From assembly GCF_009914755.1 (NCBI RefSeq), contig NC_060925.1: a stretch of 64,000 nt of DNA; one strand, given 5' to 3'. Shown here one piece after another: positions 1 to 19,901 of the stretch. The stretch comes from the human T2T-CHM13v2.0 reference genome, Homo sapiens. The notes beneath the pieces are model-generated. The model saw only the letters and a program-made list of their open reading frames with translations. It searched no databases and was not told the origin of the DNA. The stretch's first letter is position 1. Each line of letters opens with the position of its first letter. The translations under genes were made by a program, and so were the position numbers.

Positions 1-769
1 TGTTGTTGTTGTTGCTGTTGTTACTTGAGACAGGGTCTTAGTCTGTCATCCAGGATGGAGTGCAGTGGCACAATCTTGGCTAACTGCAGCCTGGACCTCC
101 CTGGGCTCAGGTGATCTTCCTACCTAAGCCCCCTGAGTAGCTGGGAGTGCAGGCACACACCACCATGCCTAGCTAACTTTTGTATTTTTTGTGGAGATGA
201 GATTTCACCATGTTGCCCAGGCTGGTCTCAAATTCCTGTACTCCAGCGATCCTCCTGCCTGAGCTTCCCAAAGTGCTGGGATTATAAGTGTGAGTCACCG
301 AGCCAGGTCATAAAGACAGTTTTTTTTTGTTTTGAGATGGAGTTTTGCTCTTTTGTACCCAGGCTGGAGTACAGTGGTGTGATCTTGGCTCACTGCAACC
401 TCCACCTCTCGGGTTCAAGCAATTCTCCTGTCTTACTTAGCCTCCCGAGTAGCTGGGATTACAGGCGTGCCCCACCACGCTGCACTGATTTTTTATATTT
501 TTAACAGAGATGGGGTTTCACCATGTTGGACAGGCTGGTCTGCAACTCCTGACCTCAGGTGATCTGCCCACCTCAGCCTCCCAAAGTACTGGGATTACAG
601 ATGTGAGCCACTGTGCCTGGCCAATAAAGAGAATTTTAAACAATGCCTACAGTGTGATTTTAGTGGGGTGGCCACATACATGTAGGTGTGCACATGTATT
701 TCCATGAAAATGCCTTCCTGCCTTTAGCCTTGACAATGCTGCATATAGGGAATAAGCATTTAAATGATG

Positions 770-1072
<303 letters not shown>

Positions 1073-2572
1073 CTACAAAAAAGAAAAATAATTAGCCGGG
1101 TGTAGTGGCATGAACCTGTGGTCCCATCTACTCCAGAGGCTGAGGTGGGAGGATCACTGGAGCCCAGGAGGTTGAGTCTGTAGTGAATTGTGGTTGTACC
1201 ACTGTACTCCAGTCTGGGCCTCAGAGTTAGATCCTGTCTCAGGAAAAAAAAAGGTTCGTAGACAGAAAGTACTTATGGCTCAGAGTAAGTGTTCTGTGAA
1301 TGTTGGCTGTTTTTTAAATCTTGCATTTAATTCCTCTTTGGTTAGAAGTATACTTCTTTGCTTGGATTACCATTTGCATGTGGAGAGATGTTCCTTCTAG
1401 AACCATGTCTCCTTGTCACATGATTATGTACAGTGTGAGCTTTATTAATACTCTGTCAGCATTTGAGGTTGGAACATAAATGCGTGGCTGTACCCAGTGG
1501 AATCCAGCAAGAGAGAGAACTAAGCACCGTAGCAACTGTTGCTATTTGTGTACTGAGCAACAGCTGTGCGAGACAGATTTATTTTTTAATCCTGATCTCA
1601 CTGATAGCCTGGGATGTGGCCTTGCCACATCTCAAAGGAGTAGATTGGTTGAGATATCCAGTCTTTGAGGAGATTTCATGACCACATGCCATAAAGATTC
1701 TGTTTCATTTCAAATATGAGGAGCTAAAGCTTTGTGTGTATGAGTGAGGGAGAAAGATTAAGCTTTAAAGCATTCATAGTCAGTCCCTGAAATATAGTGT
1801 GACTGGATTAATGACATGATAAATCACTTTTAATGTGGGTGGTGAGACTTCATGCATTTCAGTCAAAAAAGTAATTTTGCTGTAATGTGGTTCATTTCCA
1901 AATTTTGGCTGCTAACTTACCTAGGATGGATAAACATTATCACAGAGTATTTACTGAGCATCTACTTTATACCAGGGTCTTTTCTGAATACTGGTAACAT
2001 GCAGTTAATTACACTCCAAAATGACTTAGTCTGTGATTCCACTATATACTACATTACATAAATACACACACACTAATCATTTACATACTTGTCAACCTTA
2101 GATTTCAGAAATAACACTGTATTTGTAATGAATGCTTCATTACCAAATGCTTTTCTGAAGTACATAGTAAGATCTTTAAAAAGAGCTTTCATGGCCAGGC
2201 GCGGTGGCTCACGCTTGTAATCCCAGCACTTTGGGAGGCCGAGGCGGGCGGATCACAAGGTCAGGAGATCAAGACCATCCTGGCTAACACGGTGAAACCC
2301 CGTCTCTACTAAAAATACAAAAAAATTAGCTGGGCGTGGTGGCGGGCGCCTGTAGTCCTAGCTACTCAGGAGGCTGAGGCAGGAGAATGGCGTGAACCTG
2401 GGAGGTGGAGCTTGCAGTGAGCCGAGATCGTGCCACTCCCCTTCAGCTAGGGCGACAGAGGGAGACTCTGTCTCAAAAAAAAAAAAAAAAAAAAAAAAAG
2501 CTTCTTTCAAATAGTGGTTGGATTCATTCAATAACTTTCTAATTTTCATTTCTCTTTTTTTTCTTGAGATGA

Positions 2573-2854
<282 letters not shown>

Positions 2855-3845
2855 TGATGTGTTCCAATATTTCAGGGCTTAACGGGTGCCTTGAAATAGT
2901 AATGTGGGCCAGGTGCAGTGGCTCACGCCTGTAATCCCAGCAGTTAGGGAGGCGGAGATGCGCAGATCACCTGAGGTCAGGAGTTCGAGACCAGCCTGGC
3001 CAACATGGTGAAACCCTGTCTCTACTAAAAATAAAAAAATTAGCCAGTTGTAGTGGTGGATGCCAGTAATCCCAGCTACTCAGGAGGCTGAGGCGGGAGA
3101 ATTTCTTGAACCCGGGATGAGGTGGTTGCAGTGAGCCGAGATCACACCACTGCACTCCAGCTTGGGGAATAGAGCAAGACTCTGTCTTCAAAAAGAAAAG
3201 AAATAGAAATGTCGTTCATTTCCAAATTTTGGCTGGTAACTTACCTAAGGAGGATAAACATTGTCACAGAATATTTACTGAGCATCTACTTTATACCAGG
3301 GTCTGTTCTGAATACTGGTAACACGCAGTTAATGCTGTTGGTCTGGTTTTTCATGTTCCATGTATAAATTACCTCTTAAAACTATGATTGTTTTCATTCA
3401 TTCATTCATTTTTGAGATCGGGTCTCAAAATAGGCTGGGGTGCAGTGGCTCGATAACAGCTAACTACATCCTCAAACCTCCAGGCTCAAGCCATCCTCCG
3501 ACCTCAGCTTCCTAAGTAGCTGGGACTGCAGGCATGTGCCACCATGCCCAGCTAGTTGTTGTTGTTTTTTTTTTTTTTGGTATTTGTTGTAGAGACAGGG
3601 TTTCACCATGTTGCCCAGGGTGGTCTTGAACTCCTGACCTCTAGTGATCCACCCAGCTCGGACTCTCAAAATGCTGAAATTACAGGCATGAGCCACTGAG
3701 CCCAGCCTATTAATTTTTGATTGCCCTATTCAGATTTAGTGGTATGAATTTACTGATTGGGATGTTTTGAACACACAGAATAACATGTTTAACTAAAGAA
3801 CTTGTAATTGAGTGACTTATAAAATGAAACATTTTTATCTTCTAG

Positions 3846-3922
3846 GTATTATTAACCCAAAGAATCCAAAGGAAGCTCCAAAGTCCTTCAGCTTCGACTA
3901 TTCCTACTGGTCTCATACCTCA
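3846..3922 (+). CDS. KIF1B: KIF1B coding exon (motor domain; [26 protein letters not shown])
   Basis: tctag| acceptor, |gtgagt donor, 77 nt; translation matches the KIF1B N-terminal motor domain. Confidence 0.97.
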
Positions 3923-4209
3923 GTGAGTACCCTCATGCCACAGCACTGCCAGCTCCTGCCTCCTTTCCTCTTTCCTTGCCGATTTGTCTTTTCTCTTAGC
4001 TGAGCAGATCCAAGTTTTGCTTCTTAACTGTTGTGTAGCATGAGTTCATTCTTTGATACAGTGATATAGTATTTTCATTCATAAAGTATTTGGGTTGATG
4101 GAAAGTTTATGTACACATATACATAAATATATACACATATATACATACAGAACATATTTAGTTTACACCAAATTTATACTGAATGTACACTAAATTTATA
4201 CTGATTTAG

Positions 4210-4623
<414 letters not shown>

Positions 4624-5292
4624 TAAAATTGCTTAGGGTACTGTTAATTTTAAGTTGAATTTTGAGGGAATGGCCAGCAAGATTGGAATGACCACAGAGA
4701 AATTGTTTTTTTTTTGTTTGTTTGTTTGTTTTTGGCTAGGCTGATCTTGAACTCCTGACCTCCTGATCCACCTGCCTCGACCTCTCAAAGTGTTGGGATT
4801 AAAGGAGTGAGCCACCGTGCCTGGCCAATTTTTTTTTTTTAATTGTAGTAGAGCAATGTGGGTTCTGAACATTTTGAAAGATGATACCGTGCCTCTACTA
4901 AAAATTCCAAAAAAAAAAAAAATTAGGTGGGCTTGGTGGCGGGTGCCTGTAATCCCAGCTACTTGGGAGGCTGAGGCAGGTGAACTGCTTGAACCCAGGG
5001 AGGTGGAGGTTGCAGTGAGCCGAGATCGCACCACTGCACTCCAGCCTGGGTGATGGAACATGACTGTGTCTCAAAAAAAAAAAAAGGAAAGAGGCTGCAG
5101 ATCCACAAGGGAAACAAAAGATTACCAGTATTACGAAAATGCAGAGTAGGGCCCTTCCTGGTACCCTTACTCAGTGTGGAACCCCAAATGTTGCTGCTTC
5201 TTAGGGATTGTTCATAGAGTTTACTTCTGCATCATTCATCTCTTTGTTACATGTTTTTGGTTTTGTTTTTCCTGTTTTGTATTTTTTTTTAA

Positions 5293-5397
<105 letters not shown>

Positions 5398-6090
5398 TGA
5401 GTATCTGAGATTACAGGCGGGTGCCACCACACCCGGCTGATTTTTTTAATTTTTAGTAGAGATGGGGTTTCGCTGTGTTGGCCAGGCTGGTCTCGAATTC
5501 CTATCCTCAAGTGATCTGCCCGCCTTGGCCTCCCAGAGTGATGGGATTACAGGCATGAGCCACTGTGCCCTGCCCTGGGGAATCGATGTTTTAAACTATT
5601 GACAAAGCCTAATTGTCAAGGGAAGGGACTGAGAAGGGGATTGGAAATGCTGTTTCCTGAAAGCTGTGTTTATTGAGAAATAGTCCCAGTAGCTGGAGTG
5701 AGTTCAAAGAAGTATTTTTATATGTGGACTTGACCTTTGGTCTTTTATTCTCATTTTCCACTTAAGAAAATCTTGGCTGTGTGAATGAAAGAGTGATACT
5801 TTTAAGGTTATAGAAAGTGAAATGTAATCATGCCAGATAATTTTATATAGATATTTTTATGTATGGCTGACCTGGATGACTCTAACAGTGCATGTGTTTG
5901 TGAGTGTGTGTGTGTGCATGTGCGTGTATTTAATGAGAAAAGTAAACTTGTGTATAGGAGGCTTAAAAAATGTGTAGGGAATTTTAGGTGACTGTTCTGA
6001 TTCCAGACACTTTTATTATGGAAGCAATCAAGTAAGTATAGGAAGAAATATTAATAAAAGGTTATTTATTTCTCCTTTTACTCTTTACAG

Positions 6091-6270
6091 CCCGAAGATC
6101 CCTGTTTTGCATCTCAAAACCGTGTGTACAATGACATTGGCAAGGAAATGCTCTTACACGCCTTTGAGGGATATAATGTCTGTATTTTTGCCTATGGGCA
6201 GACTGGTGCTGGAAAATCTTATACAATGATGGGTAAACAAGAAGAAAGCCAGGCTGGCATCATTCCACAG
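6091..6270 (+). CDS. KIF1B: KIF1B exon with P-loop (PEDPCF...GQTGAGKS...GIIPQ)
   Basis: ctttacag| acceptor, |gtgaaa donor, 180 nt; Walker A motif GQTGAGKS. Confidence 0.98.
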
Positions 6271-6914
6271 GTGAAAAACAAAACAAAACAAAAATCTTCT
6301 CTTCATTATTAGTGTTAGTCTTAAATTGCTTTAACAGTTATTTTTATTTGGCGAACATTTATGCGGGGATTGTTTTATGTCAGGCACAAAGATGAACAAC
6401 CCATTATTTTCCCTCAGAGGAGCTCACAATTGAATGGGAAGGATTGACATGTACACATGTCTGTCATTAAAGGTGGGAAAGTCAGTGTTTTGTAATGATT
6501 TTGCCATATATCCAATGCCATATTATTTTGTCATTTGAAAAGTGTTACCAGCTTGTTAAAGCTCTGTTCTAAGTCCTGGAGATGGGGGAATATTGTTGAT
6601 CTGATTTTTTTTCAAATTCCATGCATAGATTACCTCTGAAGAATGTGATTATTTTTGGTTTTTTTGATAGCCTTATTCGGAGATACTTTCATTTTATTTT
6701 CCTAATTTAATACTATGACTTTAAACTTCAAACACTCTGAGATTCTCCCTCTTTTTTTTTTTTTTTTAGAACAGTTAGTATTATTGGGTTTGATCCTTTA
6801 TTGTTTGGGAATGAAGAAGCGTTCTGACATAGATATTTATTTATTTTTATTTTCATTATTCGTTTCACTTAGGATTTAATGGTGAAAGACATAAGTATTT
6901 AAAAAGAACTTCAT

Positions 6915-7548
<634 letters not shown>

Positions 7549-7608
7549 TAAAAACTTAAGAAAAAAAAAAGATTAAGTGAGAAGATTGTATTTAAAATTT
7601 TCCTTTTA

Positions 7609-9346
<1,738 letters not shown>

Positions 9347-9504
9347 ACTTTATTCAAAGCATTAATCGTATCTTGATGTTTATGACATAATATATTTTGA
9401 GATGGAGCAAGAAAGGACGTCTGGCTAATTCATTGAGCACGCGTGGATGACTTAGTACTCCTCTCATTTGTGCTCTTCATGCCTCTCTCATTCTACTTCC
9501 CTAG

Positions 9505-9570
9505 TTATGTGAAGAACTTTTTGAGAAAATCAATGACAACTGTAATGAAGAAATGTCTTACTCTGTAGAG
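9505..9570 (+). CDS. KIF1B: KIF1B exon (LCEELFEKINDNCNEEMSYSVE)
   Basis: ccctag| acceptor, |gtgagt donor, 66 nt, phase 0. Confidence 0.96.
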
Positions 9571-9723
9571 GTGAGTACAGCCGTGAGTTGACACCGTAAG
9601 CCCTTGTTTTCCATTCTCTCAAGCATCACTTAAATGGCTCCAAATTATGACTGTGGTACACATCACTTCACCATTCCTTCATTTTTGTCCTTTCAGGCTA
9701 TTTCTGGGTTTTGGGTATAATGA

Positions 9724-9912
<189 letters not shown>

Positions 9913-10663
9913 TAGATAATTGATTTTTTTGTAGAGATGGAGTTTCCCTATGTTGCCCAGGTTGGTGTTGAACTCTTGGGCTCAAGCAATCTTGCCTCCT
10001 CCACCTCTGAAAGTGCTGGGGTTGCAGTGTGAATCACTGAGCCCAGCCACAATTAAATCTTTGTTCATAAGTCTGTGCATTTATTTGCAGTTATTATCTT
10101 TTGTATGTTTCTTGGTTTTTAAATAATACATTTGAATTGCCAAATGCCTTTTTGGAAAGTAATGCTGGGTAACAGTTTTCAGTCACACTAGGAGGGTGTA
10201 AGCACCCATTGTGCCCTTGCCAACATTTTTCTATTTTTTAATCTTTGCTAATTTGATAATGTAAGTATTCTCTTACTTAAATTTTGAATTTCTTTGATTA
10301 CTAGTATGGTTGAACGTCTTGTAAATTATGCATATGCCTGTTTACATTTTGGGTTCACAATGTCTTTCTGATTCATTTGTGGGAACTCTTCTCCTTTAAT
10401 ATTGTTAATAATGGTTTTTGACAGGCATTGGTTTTAAATATATATAATCAAATCTCCCCCTTTCCCACTTTTTTAATTGCTTATAAAAACTTGGAAAGTA
10501 ATTATCCATCCTGTGTTTACCCTGGCTCTTTCATGAAGTCTATAGAATTACTTTATACACATTTGCTTATTTGATAAACATTCTCTCTGTTTTGTATGTG
10601 CTTAAAGAAGCTGTTTTGGGGCTCATACCTGTAATCCCAGCACTTCGGGAGGCGAATGGATCA

Positions 10664-10942
<279 letters not shown>

Positions 10943-11469
10943 TCACCGCCACCCCCCCACCACACCCTTTTTTGGTATTCACTTTCATAGTAACTGAAAT
11001 TATTAAAGTGTTCTGTTACCATGAGTCTGTTTTGAAAAAATAGGCTGCCTTTTAAGCGATCTTGAGATTTTTTTTCTTTTCTTTTTGGTATTTGTTCTGA
11101 TTCTCTGTAGCCTTACAGCATTTCATTCCTAGTTAATTCATTTAATTGCTTTGGAGTTTTTTCTTCACCTAGAAGGTGTTGCATAAATATGTAAATTCTA
11201 AGGAATTCTGTCTTGTGACTGTCATACACCAAAAAGAGAATGTGCTGCCCTAAGCATATTTTGCGTTAAAATGAATTTTCTGAATAGCTTGTCCCATAGT
11301 TATTCTTTTTTGAATCAGGTGATAGAATTTTTGAGCTTACAGGTAATAAAAGAAGATGCCCTTTTCTTTTGTATTAGAGTTTCCAGGCTTAACTTGGAGT
11401 GGAGCATAGATTCCTAGTTGACACTGTGGTTTCTTGCCACATTTGCAGGACCTCTCTACCTGTCTCTTC

Positions 11470-11935
11470 TACTTCCTTCCCTGTTTACTCTGCTCCACCC
11501 ATATTGCCTTTTTTCCTGTTTCAAGAACATACCAGAAACATTCCTGCTTCAAGGCCTCTACATTTACTTCTCCTCTTGCCTGAAATGTTGTTCACTTGGA
11601 TGTCATTTTGACTAAGTTTCTCACGTTCTTCAAGTCTGCATAAATCACACACTCTCAGTGAGGCTTACCTTGACCACCTTATTTAATATTGTATCTTGCC
11701 CTTTACCCCACATCCTGAGCTCTCTTCCCCATTCTATTTTCTTTTTTCCATCATACTCATCATGTTCTAACATGCTTTCTCAGTTACCTATTTTTTATGT
11801 TTGTTGTTTATTATCAGTATCCCTTGCTAGAAGCATAAGCTCACTGGGGCAGGGTTCTTTGTCTGCTTTATTTAGTGGTGTATACCAATTGCCTAGAACA
11901 GTGCCTGTAAGAGAACGGTCCTCAGTGAGTTGGAT
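11470..11935 (+). mobile_element. L2 3' fragment
   Basis: Pyrimidine-rich body ending gcctagaacagtgcctg, typical of the L2 3' end. Confidence 0.65.
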
Positions 11936-12241
11936 CTGCCAGGTGGCATCTGGAGTGGTTGGTGCAGAAGTAAAAGAAATGATGATGGCTTTGGATGGAT
12001 TCACATATCAGAGCATAAGGAATGGAGCACATGAACTTTTACCTAGATTATTTGGGTTCTCTTTGTCTCACATTTGTGTGAAAAGGTACGAGTGTTCCAA
12101 AAGATGTAATATATTCCGGGGATTCAGTATTGTATGTACAAATTTAAGTACACAGCAATGATTGAAGAATCATCTCACTTTCTAGGATGACTTGCTGTCA
12201 GAAAGAATATTTGTTGTTCTGTTACTTTACTCTCATAATAG

Positions 12242-12535
<294 letters not shown>

Positions 12536-12759
12536 TAGGCGTGAGCCACTGCGCCCGGCCTTTTTTTCTTTTTCTTCTTTTTTTTTAAGACAAGGTCTTG
12601 CTCTGTTACCCAGACTGGAGTGCAGTGGTGCAAACAGGGTTCGCTGCAGCCTTGACCTCCTGGGCTCAGTGATCGTCCTGCCTCAGCCTCCTGAGTAATT
12701 TGCACCACAGGCATGTGCCACAGTGTGTGGCTCCCAAAGTGCTAAGATTACAGGCATGA

Positions 12760-13137
<378 letters not shown>

Positions 13138-13157
13138 TGATTTTAAAGCACAAATTA

Positions 13158-13292
<135 letters not shown>

Positions 13293-13295
13293 TTA

Positions 13296-13484
<189 letters not shown>

Positions 13485-14741
13485 TTAGAGACTGAATGAA
13501 AGAAAAAGGCAATAGAAATGGAATTAAGATTCCATTCCAGATACTCTGAAAACATGTCCATAGACATTTAAAGTTTAAAAATGCAGGAGCTGTAATGTAA
13601 GCTTGAATAGCTCCATGATACAGAAGGATCTGTTTCCTGGGTAGCATCGTAATGTGGCCTATTGTGATGAATTTACCCTAGTTCAGAGCCTTGTTTGCTT
13701 AGAAGTCTGATTTTGTAGATTCATCAAGAAAAGGACTATCCTTACAAGTTAAGACTTGAGTAAAGCTCATTTGACTGATGTTATGAAACCAACTTGTTGG
13801 TTTGTTACTTTACCATGAGAAATAACTATTACTAAGGCTAGAACACTCAAGCCATTCGCAAGACTATTTAATATATTTCTGTGGACAGACCTCGCTGTTG
13901 GAAGCCTGTTGGTTGTTTGGTGTGCATGGAATTAGAAGGAGAGGAGTTGCTTAGATACATGTTTAATTGCCCCAGGTTAAGAAATGATAGCTTAATGCAT
14001 TAATCACCATGATCGAATGGTCCTGCCAATGAGACAAGAATTTATGAAGTGTATTGTCTGAGGCTTCTTTCTCCCTCACAAATCTTGGATAGGTCCTGCC
14101 ACCACCAGCTTTCATGCTGGTCAACCCTCATCCCTTCTGGAGGATACATCGTCCATAGTTAGTAACAGTGTGGTGAGCCTTAAAGAATTAGCATCACCCG
14201 TCTGTTTTGTCTTCTCTGCTCTGTAATATTGATATTGTTCCTTGGTTTTAACTCTAATAGAAATCTTATTTCCGAGTTCTTGGAGTAACCTCAATGCAAA
14301 TCCCAGTTACTGACAACAGTATACATTTTAAAAAACATTGATAACTGATAAATTGCTACTAAAATATCTTTTAGCTGTCACTACATTCCAGAGATAATCT
14401 GTTTACCTCTCCCTTACAGAGAAAGTCTGAAGGCTGGTTCTAACCTATTCAGTGTAATTACCTGTGCGTATTGTTAATAGAATAAAAGGGCCTAGAGTTA
14501 CGGCATTTCACTTTGTAAAGGTTGCTGATCTCTAATCTTAGAGCTTTTAATAAAAGTTAAAAAAATTTTTTTTCTGTATGTGATTTCTTTTGTTTTCTTT
14601 TTCTTTCTTTCTTTCTTTCTTTTTTTTTATTAAGACAGAGCCTCACTCTGTCACCGAGGCTGAAGTGCAGGGGTGTGATATCGGCTCACTCTAACCTCCA
14701 CCTCCCAGGTACAGGCGATTTCTCCTGCCTTAGCCTCCTGA

Positions 14742-14948
<207 letters not shown>

Positions 14949-14975
14949 TAATTCACTTTACTAATTTGTTCATAG

Positions 14976-15167
<192 letters not shown>

Positions 15168-15747
15168 TAGAGTAATGACTGAGGTCTTTGGCACCTTTTG
15201 AGGTCCTTTTTTCCCAGTTAAGGGTTTGAGGCCACATTTATAGCTATGAAAGTTGCTTTAATTGTGGAGTCCTCTGATCCTTTGACTGTGCTGTAACAGT
15301 GAGGGCTTCAGAGTGTTAAGTATCTTCTCATCTAAACAGTACATTGCTGAAACATGTTAGAGCTCTCATTGAGTTTTACTCTTAGGTTTTGATCAAGTCA
15401 TGGTAAAATGTTAGTTATCATGTATATATGCGGCTGTGGTAGTAATTGATTCTGGAATAAATGAGCACCAATAAAGAATAAAAATTAAATGCTTCATTGG
15501 TTTCTAAAGGGATAGCTGGAGTATGAAAAATGATTCTGATGGGGTGCCTTTGGAATTGGAGAGTAACTTGATGGGCTCACAAATAAGGCAGTATTGAGAG
15601 CAATTGTGTAAGTGACAATCTTGCAATCTGTGAATAAGTTTAAGACTATTGCTTGTGATTGTTATGCTTATAATGTGGAGCCTGCTGTCCATTTCAACTC
15701 TCATCTAAGAATTCCCTTGTCACGTGGTCACCTTTATGTTTATTTAG

Positions 15748-15859
15748 GACAGTGGCAGCTACAAACATGAATGAAACAAGTAGCCGTTCCCACGCTGTGT
15801 TTACGATTGTTTTCACCCAGAAGAAACACGATAATGAGACCAACCTTTCCACTGAGAAG
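15748..15859 (+). CDS. KIF1B: KIF1B exon with switch I ([18 protein letters not shown]...TEK)
   Basis: tttag| acceptor, |gtagga donor, 112 nt; SSRSH motif. Confidence 0.97.
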
Positions 15860-16369
15860 GTAGGAGAGTTTCAGTCTCTAGGCTTGAGTTGTGAAGGATG
15901 GAGATTTTGAGAAGTCCCTTTTGTTGCCCTCTGCTTTTTGTGGAAGGTTGGGTGTTGGGGGGTGCTCTTTTACTTAATGGAGGGTGTTTTATACCTCTGC
16001 TTATCATTTTTCTTCCACCCTACACCAGTTTTCTGTATAGGTTCTTAAATGAAGTTGTAAGATAGAGAATAGGGTTAAGAAAAAAACAATCCAGGACTTT
16101 GGGTCTCAAAAACTACTCAATACAAGACAGTTAAGCAGTCTTGCAGGAGAAAGTTCTTTCTTTTCTTCTTCTTGACTGAACCTTTTTATTACCTTATTAG
16201 CTGCCTTTGGTATGTGTATTCTTTTTTTTTTTTTTTTTGAGCTATGATAATGTTATAGTGGGATTAAATGTTTAAGCAAATGATATGTTTCATTCCTGGA
16301 AAATAACTCCACAACAGTTCTGGTGTTCTTCAAATACCTTTCTTTGCTTATTGATTTTTCATTTTCTAT

Positions 16370-16590
16370 AGTGGTTAAATGTCACAGACTTTAGCGTTGG
16401 ATTGCTTGCTTTGAATTCTGATTCTGCCACTCTTCAGCTATATTACTTTGGGCAAACTACTTAACCTCTTTGTTCCTCAGTTTCCCCATCCATAACAGCC
16501 TGATAGGATTGTTAAAAAGATTAAGCGTTAATATAGGTTAAGTGCATACAATAATGTCTGGCACAGAGTAGCCACTCAATAATGTTAATT
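16370..16590 (+). mobile_element. MIR
   Basis: ttgggcaaactacttaacctctttgttcctcagtttccccatc. Confidence 0.7.
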
Positions 16591-16891
16591 TTATTGTTAT
16601 TGTTAGTAATAAAAAATTTATGTTGAATACTACTCTATCTGCATCCCTAAGAAGGATGCACCTGGATTTTTAAGCTTCAAGTTAGGTTTATTGTACTGGC
16701 AATTATAAAAGATCCTTTGCCTTATAAAATGAGTACTTTAGACACCACTGTCACTAATTATTAAAATCACCTTTTATTTGTTGACTTATTTCTAGCTGAA
16801 AATGATTTTTAAAAATATACTCCTGCTGGGCCGGGTATGGTGGCTCACACCTGTAATCCCAGCACTGTGGGAGGCCAAGGCAGACAGATCA

Positions 16892-17412
<521 letters not shown>

Positions 17413-17654
17413 TCAAAAAATATATATATATTTCTTATATAGATGATCAAATAACTTGTTTAGCCAGAGGTTATAATATTAGTGCTATTTATTAGTTAGT
17501 GTTTATCTGAATGCCAGCAAAGAACATTGTATGTGAAGGTGTTTTTTGCCCTTCTCCCATGATGTCGAATCTACAAAATTAATGTTAATCCCATAATCAT
17601 AGCTTTCCTGGTAATTCATTTTGGATACTTTTGTCTAAACTTTCCTGAAGCTTT

Positions 17655-18630
<976 letters not shown>

Positions 18631-19096
18631 CACTTTTAGTAAGCCATTTAATGAGTTGATGAGTTTTATATATTTTTATAACATACTCTAGTAAATTATG
18701 TCATGTTTATCCTAAAGTTACTTTTTTTTGAACCGTGATAATTGCTATGAATTTTGTGCATGCTCTTTTTTTTTTTAATTAAAAAAAATTTTTTTTTAGA
18801 GACACAAGGGTGTTATATGTTGCCAGGCTGGAGTGCAGCAGACAGCTTTGAACTCCTGGGCTCAAAGGAGCTTCCTGAGTAGCTGGGACTACAGGCATGT
18901 GCCATTGCACCTGCCGTGTGTACTGTTTAAACTAACTGATAGATGTTGTCTTGATCTTTTTGTGCCATATTTAAAAGCTCTAATACTTTTAGTTTTTTCC
19001 ATACCTTAATCTTTTAAAAAGCATTCTGCCTCTAAATATTTCCTGCTTCTATCTTGCTTATTTTTGAATTGCCCCCATGTTATTGTTCTTTATCAG

Positions 19097-19174
19097 GTCA
19101 GTAAAATCAGCTTGGTGGATCTAGCAGGAAGTGAACGAGCTGATTCAACTGGTGCCAAAGGGACTCGATTAAAG
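19097..19174 (+). CDS. KIF1B: KIF1B exon with switch II ([26 protein letters not shown])
   Basis: tatcag| acceptor, |gtattt donor, 78 nt; DLAGSE motif. Confidence 0.97.
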
Positions 19175-19186
19175 GTATTTATTTTA

Positions 19187-19391
19187 GCAAATAAATGGCC
19201 TGATCAATAAATGGCCACTACCTGTTTTTGTAAATAAAATTTTATTGAAACACAGCTACATACATTTGTTTATGTATTGTCTATGGCTGCTTTTGCACTA
19301 CAATGGCAGTGTTGTGACAGAGACCGTATGGCCCAGAAAACCTAAAATAATTTGTGTCTGTCCTTCTACGGAAAAATTTTGCTGACTCCTG
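19187..19391 (+). mobile_element. MER58A (hAT-Charlie MITE)
   Basis: cctgtttttgtaaataaaattttattgaaacacagc...tattgtctatggctgcttt...gacagagaccgtatggccc. Confidence 0.85.
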
Positions 19392-19835
19392 ATCTGTAAC
19401 TTCAATGGAAGGATAAGTTATCTAACTAAATAGTTAGGGAGCACATCATAGTCAGGGTGAGAGTTGAATTGCATTTTAAGGAACAGGTAGAATTTGGCTA
19501 GATGGAATTAAGAGATGGCAGTGGGAATAGGATATACAAGATTCAGATGTGAGAACAGAAATTTCATGTCGATAAGTTGAGGGAAGAAGGCTGCACACAT
19601 CTGTAAGCTTTTGGAGCACAAATATCTCGAAGATACTTCAGGACTGTGAGTTAGGCATGTGGTCTCAGCATGTTATTATCAAGTGGAAAAGAGGACAGAT
19701 GGAGGACTAAAGGTTGTTTTTAGAACTTGTAATAAAGAAATATGCTAGCATATGGCAAATCATATTTTATGTTCTGTATGATATAGCAGTAGTAGAAATT
19801 CTTCATCATTCTTTCATATTTGGTATTTATTTTAG

Positions 19836-19901
19836 GAAGGAGCAAATATTAATAAGTCTCTTACAACTTTGGGCAAAGTCATTTCAGCCTTGGCCGAGGT
19901 G
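19836..19901 (+). CDS. KIF1B: KIF1B exon (EGANINKSLTTLGKVISALAEV)
   Basis: tttag| acceptor, |gtaagt donor, 66 nt; helix alpha-4 INKSL motif. Confidence 0.97.

Noticed and set aside
11658-12161. 167-aa ORF
   Set aside because: Lies largely in an L2 relic, has a non-ATG start and does not resemble a known protein
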